A DNA stretch of 24,014 nt, from positions 1 through 24,014 of the IMG/VR virus record IMGVR_UViG_3300031519_000226, one strand, 5' to 3'. Under the pieces are notes generated by a model, which did no database searches, was not told where the DNA came from, and worked only from the letters and a program-made list of their open reading frames with translations. The position numbers were made by a program, and so were the translations under genes. Shown here in pieces: positions 14,370-24,014 of the stretch. This DNA is from a virus. Its lineage: Duplodnaviria; Caudoviricetes. Every line of letters starts with the position of its first letter. The stretch's first letter is position 1.

Positions 14370-17300
14370 GTCAATGCCAACGCTCTCATGTCACGCAATG
14401 TCGGTACTTTTGCGATATCTGGCGAAAGCATGTCTATACGTATAGCAAACTTTCTATAACCTAGGAATGTACCGCCAGTACTTGTATATTCTAATGTGCC
14501 AGCATTTAAATTTGCAGCTTTGACTTTATACTTAATTTCGCGATAGTCGCTCAAGTTAAGATCTGAACTGTATGAGTTTCCACCTTCAAAAGCTTCTAAC
14601 TCCATCCAAGGAATACTTGCAAACGAAGCAGAGTCGTATACGTTTTGAGGTTTAATATAAACTTTAATGTTGGAACCTGAGGGTCTATAAGCAGTAACAG
14701 TAACTTCCATATCTTCAGCGTCTAAGCTTTCAGCTAATTCGATAGTTTTGCTTATATATTTTGAAGTAGTATCTGCTACATTCGTAATTTTGTACTGATA
14801 TGAAAGTAGCGTTGCTGTTTCTAAATCAACAACTGGTGTTGTCGTTTCAGATGAACCGTTGCTCATATTTACAGTAATTTCAAATGGTTTTGCATCAGCT
14901 ATATCGTTTGACTTTGAGAATACTGTAACGCCTTTTTTGTTAAATGTATTCTTATTACCGAATTGCATTGGCATCGTATAAGAAGTTGTACTGTCATTGG
15001 CAACTAAAGCACTCGATAAGTTAGTAGTTGTAACTGAATCGTTTGTCTTCATTATCAAAGGTTGTATATAGCTTAAGTTAATGTTATCTACTGATCCGAT
15101 AGTACCGGTTATACCACTTCTTAAACCCTTAACTGTTTGAGCAACTAAGAATTTCTTAGAATTAGTAGCAGAACTATCGATAAGATGCATTACACTTCTT
15201 TGTAAAGGATTATAATGCGATATAGTACCAGTTACAATTGATTTACCTGTTGAACCAGCGCCGACAGTATATGATACTTTCTTAGTAGATGTCATAGTTG
15301 TTGAAGAATCAACACTTGCTATTTCAAAGATCGCGTCAACACCTCCAGCAGTAATAAGAATTTTATCACCAGCTGCGTATGTATCGCCAAGAGATGTACC
15401 AGTTATAATATTTGTACCTGAAACCATAGTAACGGCAGAACCTGTTGAGCCAGAAAGAGCAAGTTCAGTATATATTTCTTCTCCGTCTGTAAATCTTCCA
15501 GTCCAATCAGACAACGTTAAGAATTCGTGGTCTTTATTAGTAAATGTAACAGAACCAGCCGCAGCGTTAAATTTATGCCTGTATATAGTAAATTTAAGAT
15601 CTTCGTCTTGATATGATTTCCACGCCATGTTGTTTGTTGACGAGAATAAAACTCCGTCTCCCCAATCTTGAACAACTGCTTGTCCTTGAGTTGCACCGGG
15701 TGTTAAGTCTACTCCGCCAACTTTAGATGTAAACGCCAAATAATTAGGATCGTTTGCATCAGGCATAAGAACAATTGCGTATTCTTTTTCTACATCTAGT
15801 CTTACTGGAGCTTCAAAATCAATTGTAGTTACAGCACTCGCATCATCTGAAACGTTTACCGCGCTTGCTAACAAGTGTACTTTCGAGAATGGTAAAATTG
15901 CAGAAGCTGGATAACCATTTACTACTTCTCGTAGCATTACTGTTACACCGTTAATATCTGATTTACGCTTAAAGTATAAATCTACTTTTGAAGCAAAGAT
16001 GGAATTCGCACCTCTACCCATACCAGTCTTAACAAAGAATGTTTGAGCTAAAGGATCGTGCCTGAAAGGTCTGCCTGCAACATTTCTTGTTGTTACAACA
16101 GGTGTACTATCAAATTCTGGTATTCTTGTAGAGGTTGTTAAACTACTCTTTTCAATAGATATGTTATAAGCATGATATTCTAGTTTCGCTCTTGATGTTG
16201 AAGCTGATTCAATATCTGCGAATGTACTACTATCTGCAATTGTTAATGTTCTATCACCAACATAGAAAGTATTATTAGGTAATTCAAAAACTGCTCTTAA
16301 AACACCGTTTGAGTCTGTACTGACTGAAGTAGAACTAAGAGCTCCGAAAGGTAAAACATCTCTCGCTGTTGTTGCGTCAGGATCGCCAGCTCTTACTTTA
16401 TCTGTTATTGCTACACCATCAAAGTAGAAATAATGCGGTGTATCTGGTCTAAGACCTGAAACAAATATCTTAATATCTCTTGCTCTCATAAATGGTGAGA
16501 ATTGGAAATCAGACACAAAGTCACCTACTACATTTTCTATAGGAAGAGCGTTTGGATCTATGCTCAAAGATGTATTAGTATCTGTGAATGTTGAATTTCT
16601 CTGGAACATTCTAGTTCCAACCATGGTTAAACTCGAACTGACAAGAGAGCTTGTTGTTTGAGTCAAAGGAATAAATGTTTGCAAGTTTTCAACGAAGTCT
16701 GTGAACGGTGTTACTAAATCAATGTCGAGAGTAACTGGATTTGATGTAGTATCGTGAGCCATATCATGGCTTGGCGATAATTGACCGGTTCCGCTGTAAG
16801 ACCAATAGTTACTTACTAGATTTCTGAAGTTTGTACCGTAAGGTTGTCCAACAATTTTTGTATGATCGTTTCTACTTAATGTTGCTACCTCAGCATCTGA
16901 AGTAGAAGGGAATACTGTAGCACCAGTAGCAGATTTGTACCTTAAATCTAACGGAAATGTTGTTAAACTTGGAGATAAAATGCTATCATCTTTTTGGATT
17001 GCAGCGTTAAAAGCCGCGTCTCTCAAGTTAGAAATATTAGTATCATTAAACGGATCAACTAAGAAACCGTTTTTAAACCTCGTTAAGCCGTTTTCATCAA
17101 CTACAACCATATTCTGTGTAGACTGCTCTAACTGGTTTAAACTTACATAATACTCTAGATTTTTAATGCGCTTATCAAAACCTGAAATATCTTTCATAGT
17201 GTAAGTCTTAACACCAGAAGCTTTAGTTTTTATCGAATAATAATCTTTGTTCTGTTCAGCAGCTTCTTTTGGTGAAAGAGCTGGGTATCCAGGAATTGTA

Positions 17301-19726
17301 ACTTGTGTTATTGTTAATTGATCTGTACCAATTTTAGGAGGAACAGGATAAGCAGCTTCTGTGCCTTTAATACTAGCAACTTTACCAAAAGAGTCGATAG
17401 TAACCATATCAATACGAGATAGGTAATGCTCAATATCAGAAGTTATGCTTGCATTTAATGCAGGAGTTTGATAAGTGTAAGCTGAAAATACGGGTTGTTG
17501 TGCACCGACTGCGTTTGATACAACAGATGAACCAGATTCAGTAAGAGCGGTATAACTTGCTCCTCCATCAAGATCTCTGTATGGTCTAAAATCAATGCAC
17601 TCTCTTAATCTATAAACTGATCCAGTATCTGAGGTGTATACTGGAATATCGCTTGAACGAATATAACCAGATGGCAGGCTAACTGATACGTCATCAATAG
17701 GATATGAGTTAATTGCAAAGAAATATTTTCCAGTTGACGTACTAGGCTTAAATACTTTAAGATTAACTGATATAACGCCTGCAGTAGGAATTGGCCTACC
17801 AGGAATAACTTCTAAATAAGAGTGATCGTAAAAACTGTCTTTTTGGTTCGTAACAAGTCTGAAACTATCTGTAAAGTCTACGTTTGCCGCATCTTCAATC
17901 TTGATAATATCGTAAACATCAGGAAATCCTAAGTTGTACTGAGTTACTCCATTGTTCCACACGAATTTAATCCATGGTTCGACAGATTGTTTATTATAAG
18001 GTGTAATATCCAACTCTCTTTTGTTGAAATACAATTCACCTGCAGGATCTGAGTTAGCTGCTGGATCTAAGTAGACAGTCAAAATTGAGTCATTAACCGA
18101 AGTCGTATAGCTTAAGATAGGTATAAGCGTGTTCGAAGCATCTACAAATACCATATCTGAATTATCTACAGCAAAATCATATCCAACGATAGGACCAATT
18201 GTGATAATATCGTCTCCGCTATCTTCAACCACTGATACACTTGTATCATGAGATCGTACTGGAATAGAAATATCTGTTAATTGCTTTAAACTTTTTGTTC
18301 CTGTATTGAATACAAGAGAAGATCTGTTAGTTTCTTTAAGTTTTGATCCAGCTGCAATAGTAATAACACCTGCAGTCCCAACAATTCTTTCGACATTAGC
18401 AAAAGTGTAAGTAGCGTTTGAGATTGAAACTCCGAACAAGTATAATCTTGTTGGTGTAATATTTGAAACATAAGCTTGGCCAATAGTTTGACCAGTAGAT
18501 CTTTGAAGAGTTACTGCTGTATAACCTAAACCTACTGTACCTTGAATAGTTAGAATGTCAACATAAGAACCGTATTCTAATGAAGTAGCTTGGTTATTTT
18601 GAATTTCTGTTGTAGTAATAGGATCAACGGTAATATCTTGATCACCTCTATTTTCAATTCTATAACCCTTAACGTACGCAGCTCCTTTACCAACAAGAAC
18701 CTTGAGATCTGTGCCTCGTCTTTCAGCACTACATTTAAAATCTCTTACGATATAATCACCAGACTCTTCGTAAGTTCTTTTGGCCATTTCTTCGCCAATA
18801 GAATTAAATTGTGTAACGTCTCTTATTGTAACTGGATATCCATTCTGATAACGAATTAATGTAAAGAAACCAGGATCAATATCTGCAATTGAAGTAGTTT
18901 TAACAGTAAGAGTTGGAACCATCTTAAGTCTGTCTGCGCCAGGTGCATTTTCGTTATTAGATCCGTTAGCATTATCGAATAATGAAGTATCTTGCAAAGA
19001 AGAAACTAAACTTTCAACGATTGAATAACCAGCAGAAAGATCGTCAGGAGAATTAGAATATTTGGAAACAATTAATGTCTGAGCACCTGCAAACAAGAAG
19101 TGACCTTTTTGGAATACAACACCATCCGCAGCCTGAATACCATACGAACTTCCAACAAATGGTGTCAAGTTAGTAACGTTAATTGACCCAACATTAAGAG
19201 TAGTTTCAATTAGTACTGAACCGTTGTAACGATACTTGTTAATTGTGAGGTTTTCACCGCTTATAAACTGAGAATTTCCTGCCGTAGTATTTAGATAGTT
19301 GATATAAAAAGTGTTAAGATCAGGTGGACGAGTTTCAAAGCCGCGGGATGCTGTAATGATCGATGCCTTTAGACCAGAATTATCACCAACGATTTCATAT
19401 TGCGTATCAACAGGAACAGATACACCTGCAACTATTTCATCTGCTAATCCGCCAATAAAACTTTCAGGATCAAACCCCGTCTTATCAGTTAATTTTACGA
19501 ATTGCAAATCATCTAGAATTGTAAAGTTACAACCTTTAACGATACTACCTTCTCTGTAGATATTATCACCAAATTGCTCAACTTGGTTTTGAAGTATTGT
19601 CTGGAGTTGGGTAAGCTCTCTCGCTTGGACCGCGTATGCAGGCTTAAACAAGATTTTATAAAATTGCTTTTCCAGATTGAAATCATCAAAGTACGGAGCA
19701 ATATTAAGATTTGTGTTAATAGGCAT
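14366..19726 (-). CDS. Large structural protein, VrlC/DUF4815-like (1786 aa)
   Basis: N-terminus TNLNIAPYFDDF...KILFKPAYAVQARELTQLQTILQNQVEQFG; internal KRTYEESGDY, GAAYVKGYRIE, YTMKDISGFDKRIKNLEYYVSLNQLE, RFKNGFLVDPF and DPLAQTF; C-terminal VPTLRDMRALAL. It has an AAGGA Shine-Dalgarno site and sits downstream of gp8, as in T4-like cyanophages. Confidence 0.85.
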   Translation of the reverse strand: MPINTNLNIAPYFDDFNLEKQFYKILFKPAYAVQARELTQLQTILQNQVEQFGDNIYREGSIVKGCNFTILDDLQFVKLTDKTGFDPESFIGGLADEIVAGVSVPVDTQYEIVGDNSGLKASIITASRGFETRPPDLNTFYINYLNTTAGNSQFISGENLTINKYRYNGSVLIETTLNVGSINVTNLTPFVGSSYGIQAADGVVFQKGHFLFAGAQTLIVSKYSNSPDDLSAGYSIVESLVSSLQDTSLFDNANGSNNENAPGADRLKMVPTLTVKTTSIADIDPGFFTLIRYQNGYPVTIRDVTQFNSIGEEMAKRTYEESGDYIVRDFKCSAERRGTDLKVLVGKGAAYVKGYRIENRGDQDITVDPITTTEIQNNQATSLEYGSYVDILTIQGTVGLGYTAVTLQRSTGQTIGQAYVSNITPTRLYLFGVSISNATYTFANVERIVGTAGVITIAAGSKLKETNRSSLVFNTGTKSLKQLTDISIPVRSHDTSVSVVEDSGDDIITIGPIVGYDFAVDNSDMVFVDASNTLIPILSYTTSVNDSILTVYLDPAANSDPAGELYFNKRELDITPYNKQSVEPWIKFVWNNGVTQYNLGFPDVYDIIKIEDAANVDFTDSFRLVTNQKDSFYDHSYLEVIPGRPIPTAGVISVNLKVFKPSTSTGKYFFAINSYPIDDVSVSLPSGYIRSSDIPVYTSDTGSVYRLRECIDFRPYRDLDGGASYTALTESGSSVVSNAVGAQQPVFSAYTYQTPALNASITSDIEHYLSRIDMVTIDSFGKVASIKGTEAAYPVPPKIGTDQLTITQVTIPGYPALSPKEAAEQNKDYYSIKTKASGVKTYTMKDISGFDKRIKNLEYYVSLNQLEQSTQNMVVVDENGLTRFKNGFLVDPFNDTNISNLRDAAFNAAIQKDDSILSPSLTTFPLDLRYKSATGATVFPSTSDAEVATLSRNDHTKIVGQPYGTNFRNLVSNYWSYSGTGQLSPSHDMAHDTTSNPVTLDIDLVTPFTDFVENLQTFIPLTQTTSSLVSSSLTMVGTRMFQRNSTFTDTNTSLSIDPNALPIENVVGDFVSDFQFSPFMRARDIKIFVSGLRPDTPHYFYFDGVAITDKVRAGDPDATTARDVLPFGALSSTSVSTDSNGVLRAVFELPNNTFYVGDRTLTIADSSTFADIESASTSRAKLEYHAYNISIEKSSLTTSTRIPEFDSTPVVTTRNVAGRPFRHDPLAQTFFVKTGMGRGANSIFASKVDLYFKRKSDINGVTVMLREVVNGYPASAILPFSKVHLLASAVNVSDDASAVTTIDFEAPVRLDVEKEYAIVLMPDANDPNYLAFTSKVGGVDLTPGATQGQAVVQDWGDGVLFSSTNNMAWKSYQDEDLKFTIYRHKFNAAAGSVTFTNKDHEFLTLSDWTGRFTDGEEIYTELALSGSTGSAVTMVSGTNIITGTSLGDTYAAGDKILITAGGVDAIFEIASVDSSTTMTSTKKVSYTVGAGSTGKSIVTGTISHYNPLQRSVMHLIDSSATNSKKFLVAQTVKGLRSGITGTIGSVDNINLSYIQPLIMKTNDSVTTTNLSSALVANDSTTSYTMPMQFGNKNTFNKKGVTVFSKSNDIADAKPFEITVNMSNGSSETTTPVVDLETATLLSYQYKITNVADTTSKYISKTIELAESLDAEDMEVTVTAYRPSGSNIKVYIKPQNVYDSASFASIPWMELEAFEGGNSYSSDLNLSDYREIKYKVKAANLNAGTLEYTSTGGTFLGYRKFAIRIDMLSPDIAKVPTLRDMRALALT

Positions 19727-19738
19727 CTATTGTTTTCC

Positions 19739-21379
19739 TTAAAATTCTAATACTAACTTGTATTCTTCTCTAGACATGAACGACCTAGCAAGAGGTACAA
19801 AGTCTTCAAAAAAGTATACTTGACCTGTACGCTGAACGTAGTCAGACTCTATAATATTATTCGCTGTAGGTGTATTTATGAACATTCTCTGTCCTGTAGA
19901 ATTCACTAATGCTTTAGTTGCGTCTAACGAAATATCATTATTTGCGCGGTTTCGATATGGTCCCATATAGCTAGACAAGAATACAGTATTGGCAGCACCA
20001 ACTTCTTGAATCTTAGCAGAGAAGATAACATCGTTATCCTCGTTAAACTGTTGTACTACATCATCAACTGCTGCGTATGCAATGTCATCAGTCGTTATCT
20101 CAATTCGATTATCAAATACAGTAGGTGTATTTGCTGAATTAGCAGAAGCACTTATAAACTCTGGATTTTTTATAATACCGATATGCGAGTAAGTACCGGT
20201 CTTTCCTATTTGGTTGTTATCTGTTTCTGTTATATAACCGTACAACAAAATATGTCTACAATGCAATTCGTCTATTAAATTGTACCCGTGACCGCCAAAT
20301 GGCGATAATACTGGACGTAATGCAGCTCGTACATCAATCGAATTCGGATCTTCTGGATCGAAATCAAACAACGGATCTACAATTTTAGCTATAACATTTG
20401 TATAACCAGAACCTGCGTTTAAAACTAGTAATGATTTTATATTTCCTTCGATAACATTAGGTATAGCAACTGCTCCTGTACCATCACCCTCTATAACACA
20501 AGTAGGATTAATGGTGAAAGTTGCAATATTAGATACTTGATCACCCAACGGATCGCCTATTACTTTTGCTTTACCGTATCCTGTTCCTGGCTCGAAAACA
20601 TAAGAATTAATCACATATAAGAATGATCTACCATCTGAGTTAGTCAAATATATAGACATTCCGTTGTAGTAATTTGTTATTTGATTGATACCGTCTGCTC
20701 TTAAAGTAAGAGTTCCGTCATTACCTGGAGCAGCGGTTAAAAATCCTGCTTGAGATTTATAACCTGCGTTATCAACTGGATTAGACACGAAAATATCACT
20801 AATCTCAGAGCCGTATACAATGTTATTAGCATCAGCGTTAGGATTTGGATTAATTACAAAATCTTCACTAATCAGAGGGATATAACCAATAGCGTTATAC
20901 GCTTCAAACTCAGCTGAAGTTATAACGTACAAATATTTCCAAACGTAACCATCTGCAGTTCTATAAACTTGACTTGTATTTTCTGGGTTCCAGTTTGGAG
21001 GAGCTGTTGACGGTGAAAGATTTGAATTAGATAAACATTTAAATACTCTGTAATCTCCGGTATCATTGCTGTTCGGACTTACTACGGCATAAAACTTTTT
21101 GCCTTCCATATCTAACGTGTCATCATATTGATCGTAGACTGCGTCTTTTTGCCAATCGTAAAACTTGATCATGAATTTGGTATCTGTACCTAAAATCTTT
21201 TTTCCGAATAAAGTATTTTCTAAAAATTCATTCGTAGAATACTGCGCGTTTACCGCAGTTTGGCGAACAAGTCCAGTCGTAACTGAAGCTACGTAAACAT
21301 AATAATCATTCGCTTGAATGTCGTTATAAAACATCCTAGTCGTGTCGTTTTTCATCTTTGATGTTAATATCTCAGTCAT
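19739..21379 (-). CDS. gp8: Baseplate wedge subunit, T4 gp8-like
   Basis: Motifs WQKDAVYDQYDD, YRVFKCLSN, TADGYVWKYLY and the C-terminal GQVYFFEDFVPLARS...EEYKLVLEF match gp8 homologues of marine T4-like phages. I prefer the ATG at 21379 to the track's TTG at 21388. Confidence 0.85.
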   Translation of the reverse strand: MTEILTSKMKNDTTRMFYNDIQANDYYVYVASVTTGLVRQTAVNAQYSTNEFLENTLFGKKILGTDTKFMIKFYDWQKDAVYDQYDDTLDMEGKKFYAVVSPNSNDTGDYRVFKCLSNSNLSPSTAPPNWNPENTSQVYRTADGYVWKYLYVITSAEFEAYNAIGYIPLISEDFVINPNPNADANNIVYGSEISDIFVSNPVDNAGYKSQAGFLTAAPGNDGTLTLRADGINQITNYYNGMSIYLTNSDGRSFLYVINSYVFEPGTGYGKAKVIGDPLGDQVSNIATFTINPTCVIEGDGTGAVAIPNVIEGNIKSLLVLNAGSGYTNVIAKIVDPLFDFDPEDPNSIDVRAALRPVLSPFGGHGYNLIDELHCRHILLYGYITETDNNQIGKTGTYSHIGIIKNPEFISASANSANTPTVFDNRIEITTDDIAYAAVDDVVQQFNEDNDVIFSAKIQEVGAANTVFLSSYMGPYRNRANNDISLDATKALVNSTGQRMFINTPTANNIIESDYVQRTGQVYFFEDFVPLARSFMSREEYKLVLEF

Positions 21380-21404
21380 TTCACCCAACCTGCTTGCTTT
21401 GTAA

Positions 21405-21412
21405 TATTTATA
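21405..21412 (-). promoter_or_regulatory. T4-type late promoter (TATAAATA) for the gp8-to-adhesin operon
   Basis: Exact TATAAATA on the minus strand in the short gap between the protease stop (21423) and the gp8 start. Confidence 0.8.
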
Positions 21413-21422
21413 AACATTTCCA

Positions 21423-24014
21423 TTATCCTCTTACTCTTACACGAGTTCTAGGATAAGTTTTACCTGAAGTAGGTCTATTTGCGAAATTTTTCTTAGGAAA
21501 CGATGATCCTGAGACTGGTCTTTGATTTATCCATCTCAACATTTTGTTTGGAGCACCTTGCAAACTATCTCTGTCCATTGGATCGTCTGTTCCAGTGTCA
21601 GCCATTAAATCTGAATTAGCGTTGTCAACTAACCATTGTTGAGCTTCAACTTGAGTCATTGAAGGCCAAGCTTCTGCTAGTAACGCAAGTACACCCGCAA
21701 CTTGCGGCCCTGACATGCTAGTTCCTTGGTACTTACCTAATTGATATGAACCATTCCTTGTGTCAGCAATACCACCCGTGTGCAAACTACTTTGAATACC
21801 TTCGCCAGCAGCGAATATATCTACTTGATTACCACAATTACTAAAGATAGCTTTATCTTCATTGACATCGTTTGATTGTGCACCTACGTTAATGATGGGA
21901 GCATATCCTGCTCCTGAACCAGTGCCTCTATTTGTATAATAGGTTCTTCCAAACCCGTAATAAGTTGCGTCATACGTATTGTTGTAATCTTGATCTGCAG
22001 AATTAACAGTTTTCCAAGAATTGTTTCCAGCAGATGCAACAATAATAATACCATCGTCTATTGCGTCTTGTATATCAGCTTGTCTGTTGATAAAATAATT
22101 AGGTATTGTACACGTTATTGATGGAGCATAAAAACCACGAGCTTGCAATTCTGCTGAGGTTAAATCTCTACCAGGACTAAATGACACGCCACGATATGTT
22201 GCTGAAGTAATAGCCCCATAGTTTCCGTCATTAACTTTAATAGAAGAACCATAACTATTATTCGTAACAGTTGGATTACGCCTGCCTGTCGCTGGATTAA
22301 TTGGCTTTGAATTATGCCATGCTCTAATATAATCCCACATTGTATTATTACTAAGTCCATTAACACCCCAATTTGTGTTAGAACCGTAAGGGCTTATATT
22401 ATAAATGTTAGCATCTCTCGCCCAACCTTGAGTATTACCTGCAACTGTACCTGCACAATGACAACCATGATCGTTATCAGAAGTAAAATCTGCATCACTG
22501 ACATCGATGTAAGGTGTATAATTGTATGTACCGTTAGATCCGCCAGTAACAGAGTTTGTTAATGAGAACCAATTAAATTGATTAACTCTTGAAGCTCCGT
22601 TTGCAGACTCTTCGTAGTAATGTTCACCTGCATCGTTATCCTGAAGCATATTTTGTATTTGAGCAAAATTAGGTTTACTTAATACTGGTTCAAAGTATTT
22701 TTTAAACATAGCATGACCCAACGGGTTATTTGCTAACATACCTGCCGGTGTTTTTAGTGTATCAGACCATTCTGGAGAAAGACTTCCTCCATCCCAGAAT
22801 TGACTCATATCCCACATTGACCAATTAACTAAATAAGTATATTCTTTATATGCAACCATAGCTGCATCAGAATCTGTCGCCCAATCTGTAGAATAACCAG
22901 AGGGATCGTATAGGCTGGCGTCAATTGCTTCTTTCATTGCAAGATGTAATTCTGTATTTTGCCAATCAAAACTAGGATTGCCTTCGAGTATCGGTCCTAA
23001 AGATTGCATAGGAACTTCTGTAGCACTTCCAGGAACTGCACCTGGAATACCAAAGTTATGAATTGTATGGAACAAGTGTTCTGCCAACTCTTCGATATCT
23101 CTATTACTTGTCGGAGGATTTGGCCCTGATGTATTTCTATACCATACCATATCATCCATAGCGTTATTATTTAAAAAAGTTTGATATCCTGCGTATTGTG
23201 CCGCGCCTAAATCTGTTAAAAAGTTTGGTGTATATGAACTACCGCCACCATAAGCAACTCTTTGTGCCGTAGGTATGCCTGCATGGGTAGTTCCTGAATC
23301 GCCCTTTAATGTTTTAATTAAATTGGTTTGGTGTTCTAAACTAATCAAAGGATCTTGCGGATTAATAAGTAATGTAATAAATTTTGCAGTTTTATATGCC
23401 CAGGCATCTGGTACTGCGGTTTGTCCACCTACTGCACCTGCAATAACACATTTAACTCCACGAACTGTAATTGATCTATCAAATACTGCTCCGTTAGATG
23501 AGTCACTTACAAGTGCACCATCCGAATAATCTGTCTCAGTTCCAATTGTTGCGAATTCAGGATGTCCAGGATCGATGTGTCCATCAACAATTACAACATC
23601 AACATTTTTTCCTGAGGCAGTCACAGTTAAACTATCAGTAATATTAGTTGTTCCGTTAGAACCCCAATTACTTCTGTTTGTTGTTTCGCTATGTCTTAAT
23701 AATCCCCAGTTTTTATCTGATTCGTCAGTAAACCAATCTTTAGAAAATGTACCGGTTTGAGTATAGTTTGGTCTAATAGATTCTTCTACTTCTTTAGCTA
23801 AGTCTACACCCCAAACCCTTTCGTCTGCTAATACTTCTTCAGCTTCAGCAAATGTAAGCATGTAATGAGTATTACGGCTGATTTTTCTTCTTTGTGTTAA
23901 CTCAACTGATCTATTAGGTATAGTGATGGAACCTCCCGGAGTTTCCATATCATCGTAGAAACCTTCAAGATCATCTCTATTATGTAGTGTAACAATCCAT
24001 TCGAACTTTTCCAT
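21423..24014 (-). CDS. Subtilisin-like (S8) serine protease with a putative propeptide and a large internal insertion (863 aa; start lies at the window edge)
   Basis: Catalytic motifs are VDVVIVDG (Asp 23583-23585), HGCHCAGTVAG (His 22467-22469), oxyanion ASAGN and GTSMSGPQVAG (Ser 21717-21719). Also FSNCGNQVDIFAAG. Confidence 0.92.
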   Translation of the reverse strand: MEKFEWIVTLHNRDDLEGFYDDMETPGGSITIPNRSVELTQRRKISRNTHYMLTFAEAEEVLADERVWGVDLAKEVEESIRPNYTQTGTFSKDWFTDESDKNWGLLRHSETTNRSNWGSNGTTNITDSLTVTASGKNVDVVIVDGHIDPGHPEFATIGTETDYSDGALVSDSSNGAVFDRSITVRGVKCVIAGAVGGQTAVPDAWAYKTAKFITLLINPQDPLISLEHQTNLIKTLKGDSGTTHAGIPTAQRVAYGGGSSYTPNFLTDLGAAQYAGYQTFLNNNAMDDMVWYRNTSGPNPPTSNRDIEELAEHLFHTIHNFGIPGAVPGSATEVPMQSLGPILEGNPSFDWQNTELHLAMKEAIDASLYDPSGYSTDWATDSDAAMVAYKEYTYLVNWSMWDMSQFWDGGSLSPEWSDTLKTPAGMLANNPLGHAMFKKYFEPVLSKPNFAQIQNMLQDNDAGEHYYEESANGASRVNQFNWFSLTNSVTGGSNGTYNYTPYIDVSDADFTSDNDHGCHCAGTVAGNTQGWARDANIYNISPYGSNTNWGVNGLSNNTMWDYIRAWHNSKPINPATGRRNPTVTNNSYGSSIKVNDGNYGAITSATYRGVSFSPGRDLTSAELQARGFYAPSITCTIPNYFINRQADIQDAIDDGIIIVASAGNNSWKTVNSADQDYNNTYDATYYGFGRTYYTNRGTGSGAGYAPIINVGAQSNDVNEDKAIFSNCGNQVDIFAAGEGIQSSLHTGGIADTRNGSYQLGKYQGTSMSGPQVAGVLALLAEAWPSMTQVEAQQWLVDNANSDLMADTGTDDPMDRDSLQGAPNKMLRWINQRPVSGSSFPKKNFANRPTSGKTYPRTRVRVRG

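Noticed and set aside
19873-19880. CATAAATA late-promoter-like site upstream of the VrlC-like gene
   Set aside because: It has one mismatch to the consensus and lies inside the gp8 coding sequence in AT-rich DNA, so it is likely chance.
22605-23545. Intein or homing endonuclease as the explanation of the protease insertion
   Set aside because: I see no N-terminal Cys/Ser splice block, no C-terminal His-Asn followed by Cys/Ser/Thr, and no LAGLIDADG or HNH motif.
13698-23760. Remaining short plus-strand and alternate-frame ORFs overlapping the large genes
   Set aside because: They lie within well-supported minus-strand CDSs and have no recognisable motifs.
1-24014. tRNA, rRNA, mobile elements or alternative genetic code
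   Set aside because: The window is almost entirely coding with very short gaps. The long ORFs read through in the standard code and end in TAA, TAG or TGA.

Overview
All real genes in this AT-rich window are on the minus strand, and it reads as the virion-structure (baseplate/fibre) region of a large T4-like myovirus resembling marine cyanophage/pelagiphage-type genomes. The host cannot be determined from this window. In transcription order (right to left) the genes are: an S8 subtilisin-like protease with a ~310-aa insertion; a gp8-like baseplate wedge protein; a 1786-aa VrlC/DUF4815-like structural protein; a small coiled-coil protein; a fibre protein with a C-terminal Peptidase_S74-type chaperone; a glycine-rich gp38-like adhesin; a 170-aa hypothetical protein; and a giant ORF of at least 3791 aa (11375 to <1). 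The ORF track misses the giant ORF because it runs off the window edge. Two exact T4 late promoters (TATAAATA) precede gp8 and the giant gene. The main finding is in the giant protein, which I translated in large part by hand. After two beta-helix-like regions it carries 11 tandem ~140-165-aa helical repeats, plus one degenerate copy, each with the C-x-R-D bilin-attachment motif and flanking helices resembling the globin-like core of phycocyanin/allophycocyanin. These are interleaved with 12 His/Cys-containing beta-rich modules, some nested inside each other up to three deep. A late-expressed, possibly bilin-binding 'poly-phycobiliprotein' virion protein is an inference that needs HMM, structural and biochemical tests.
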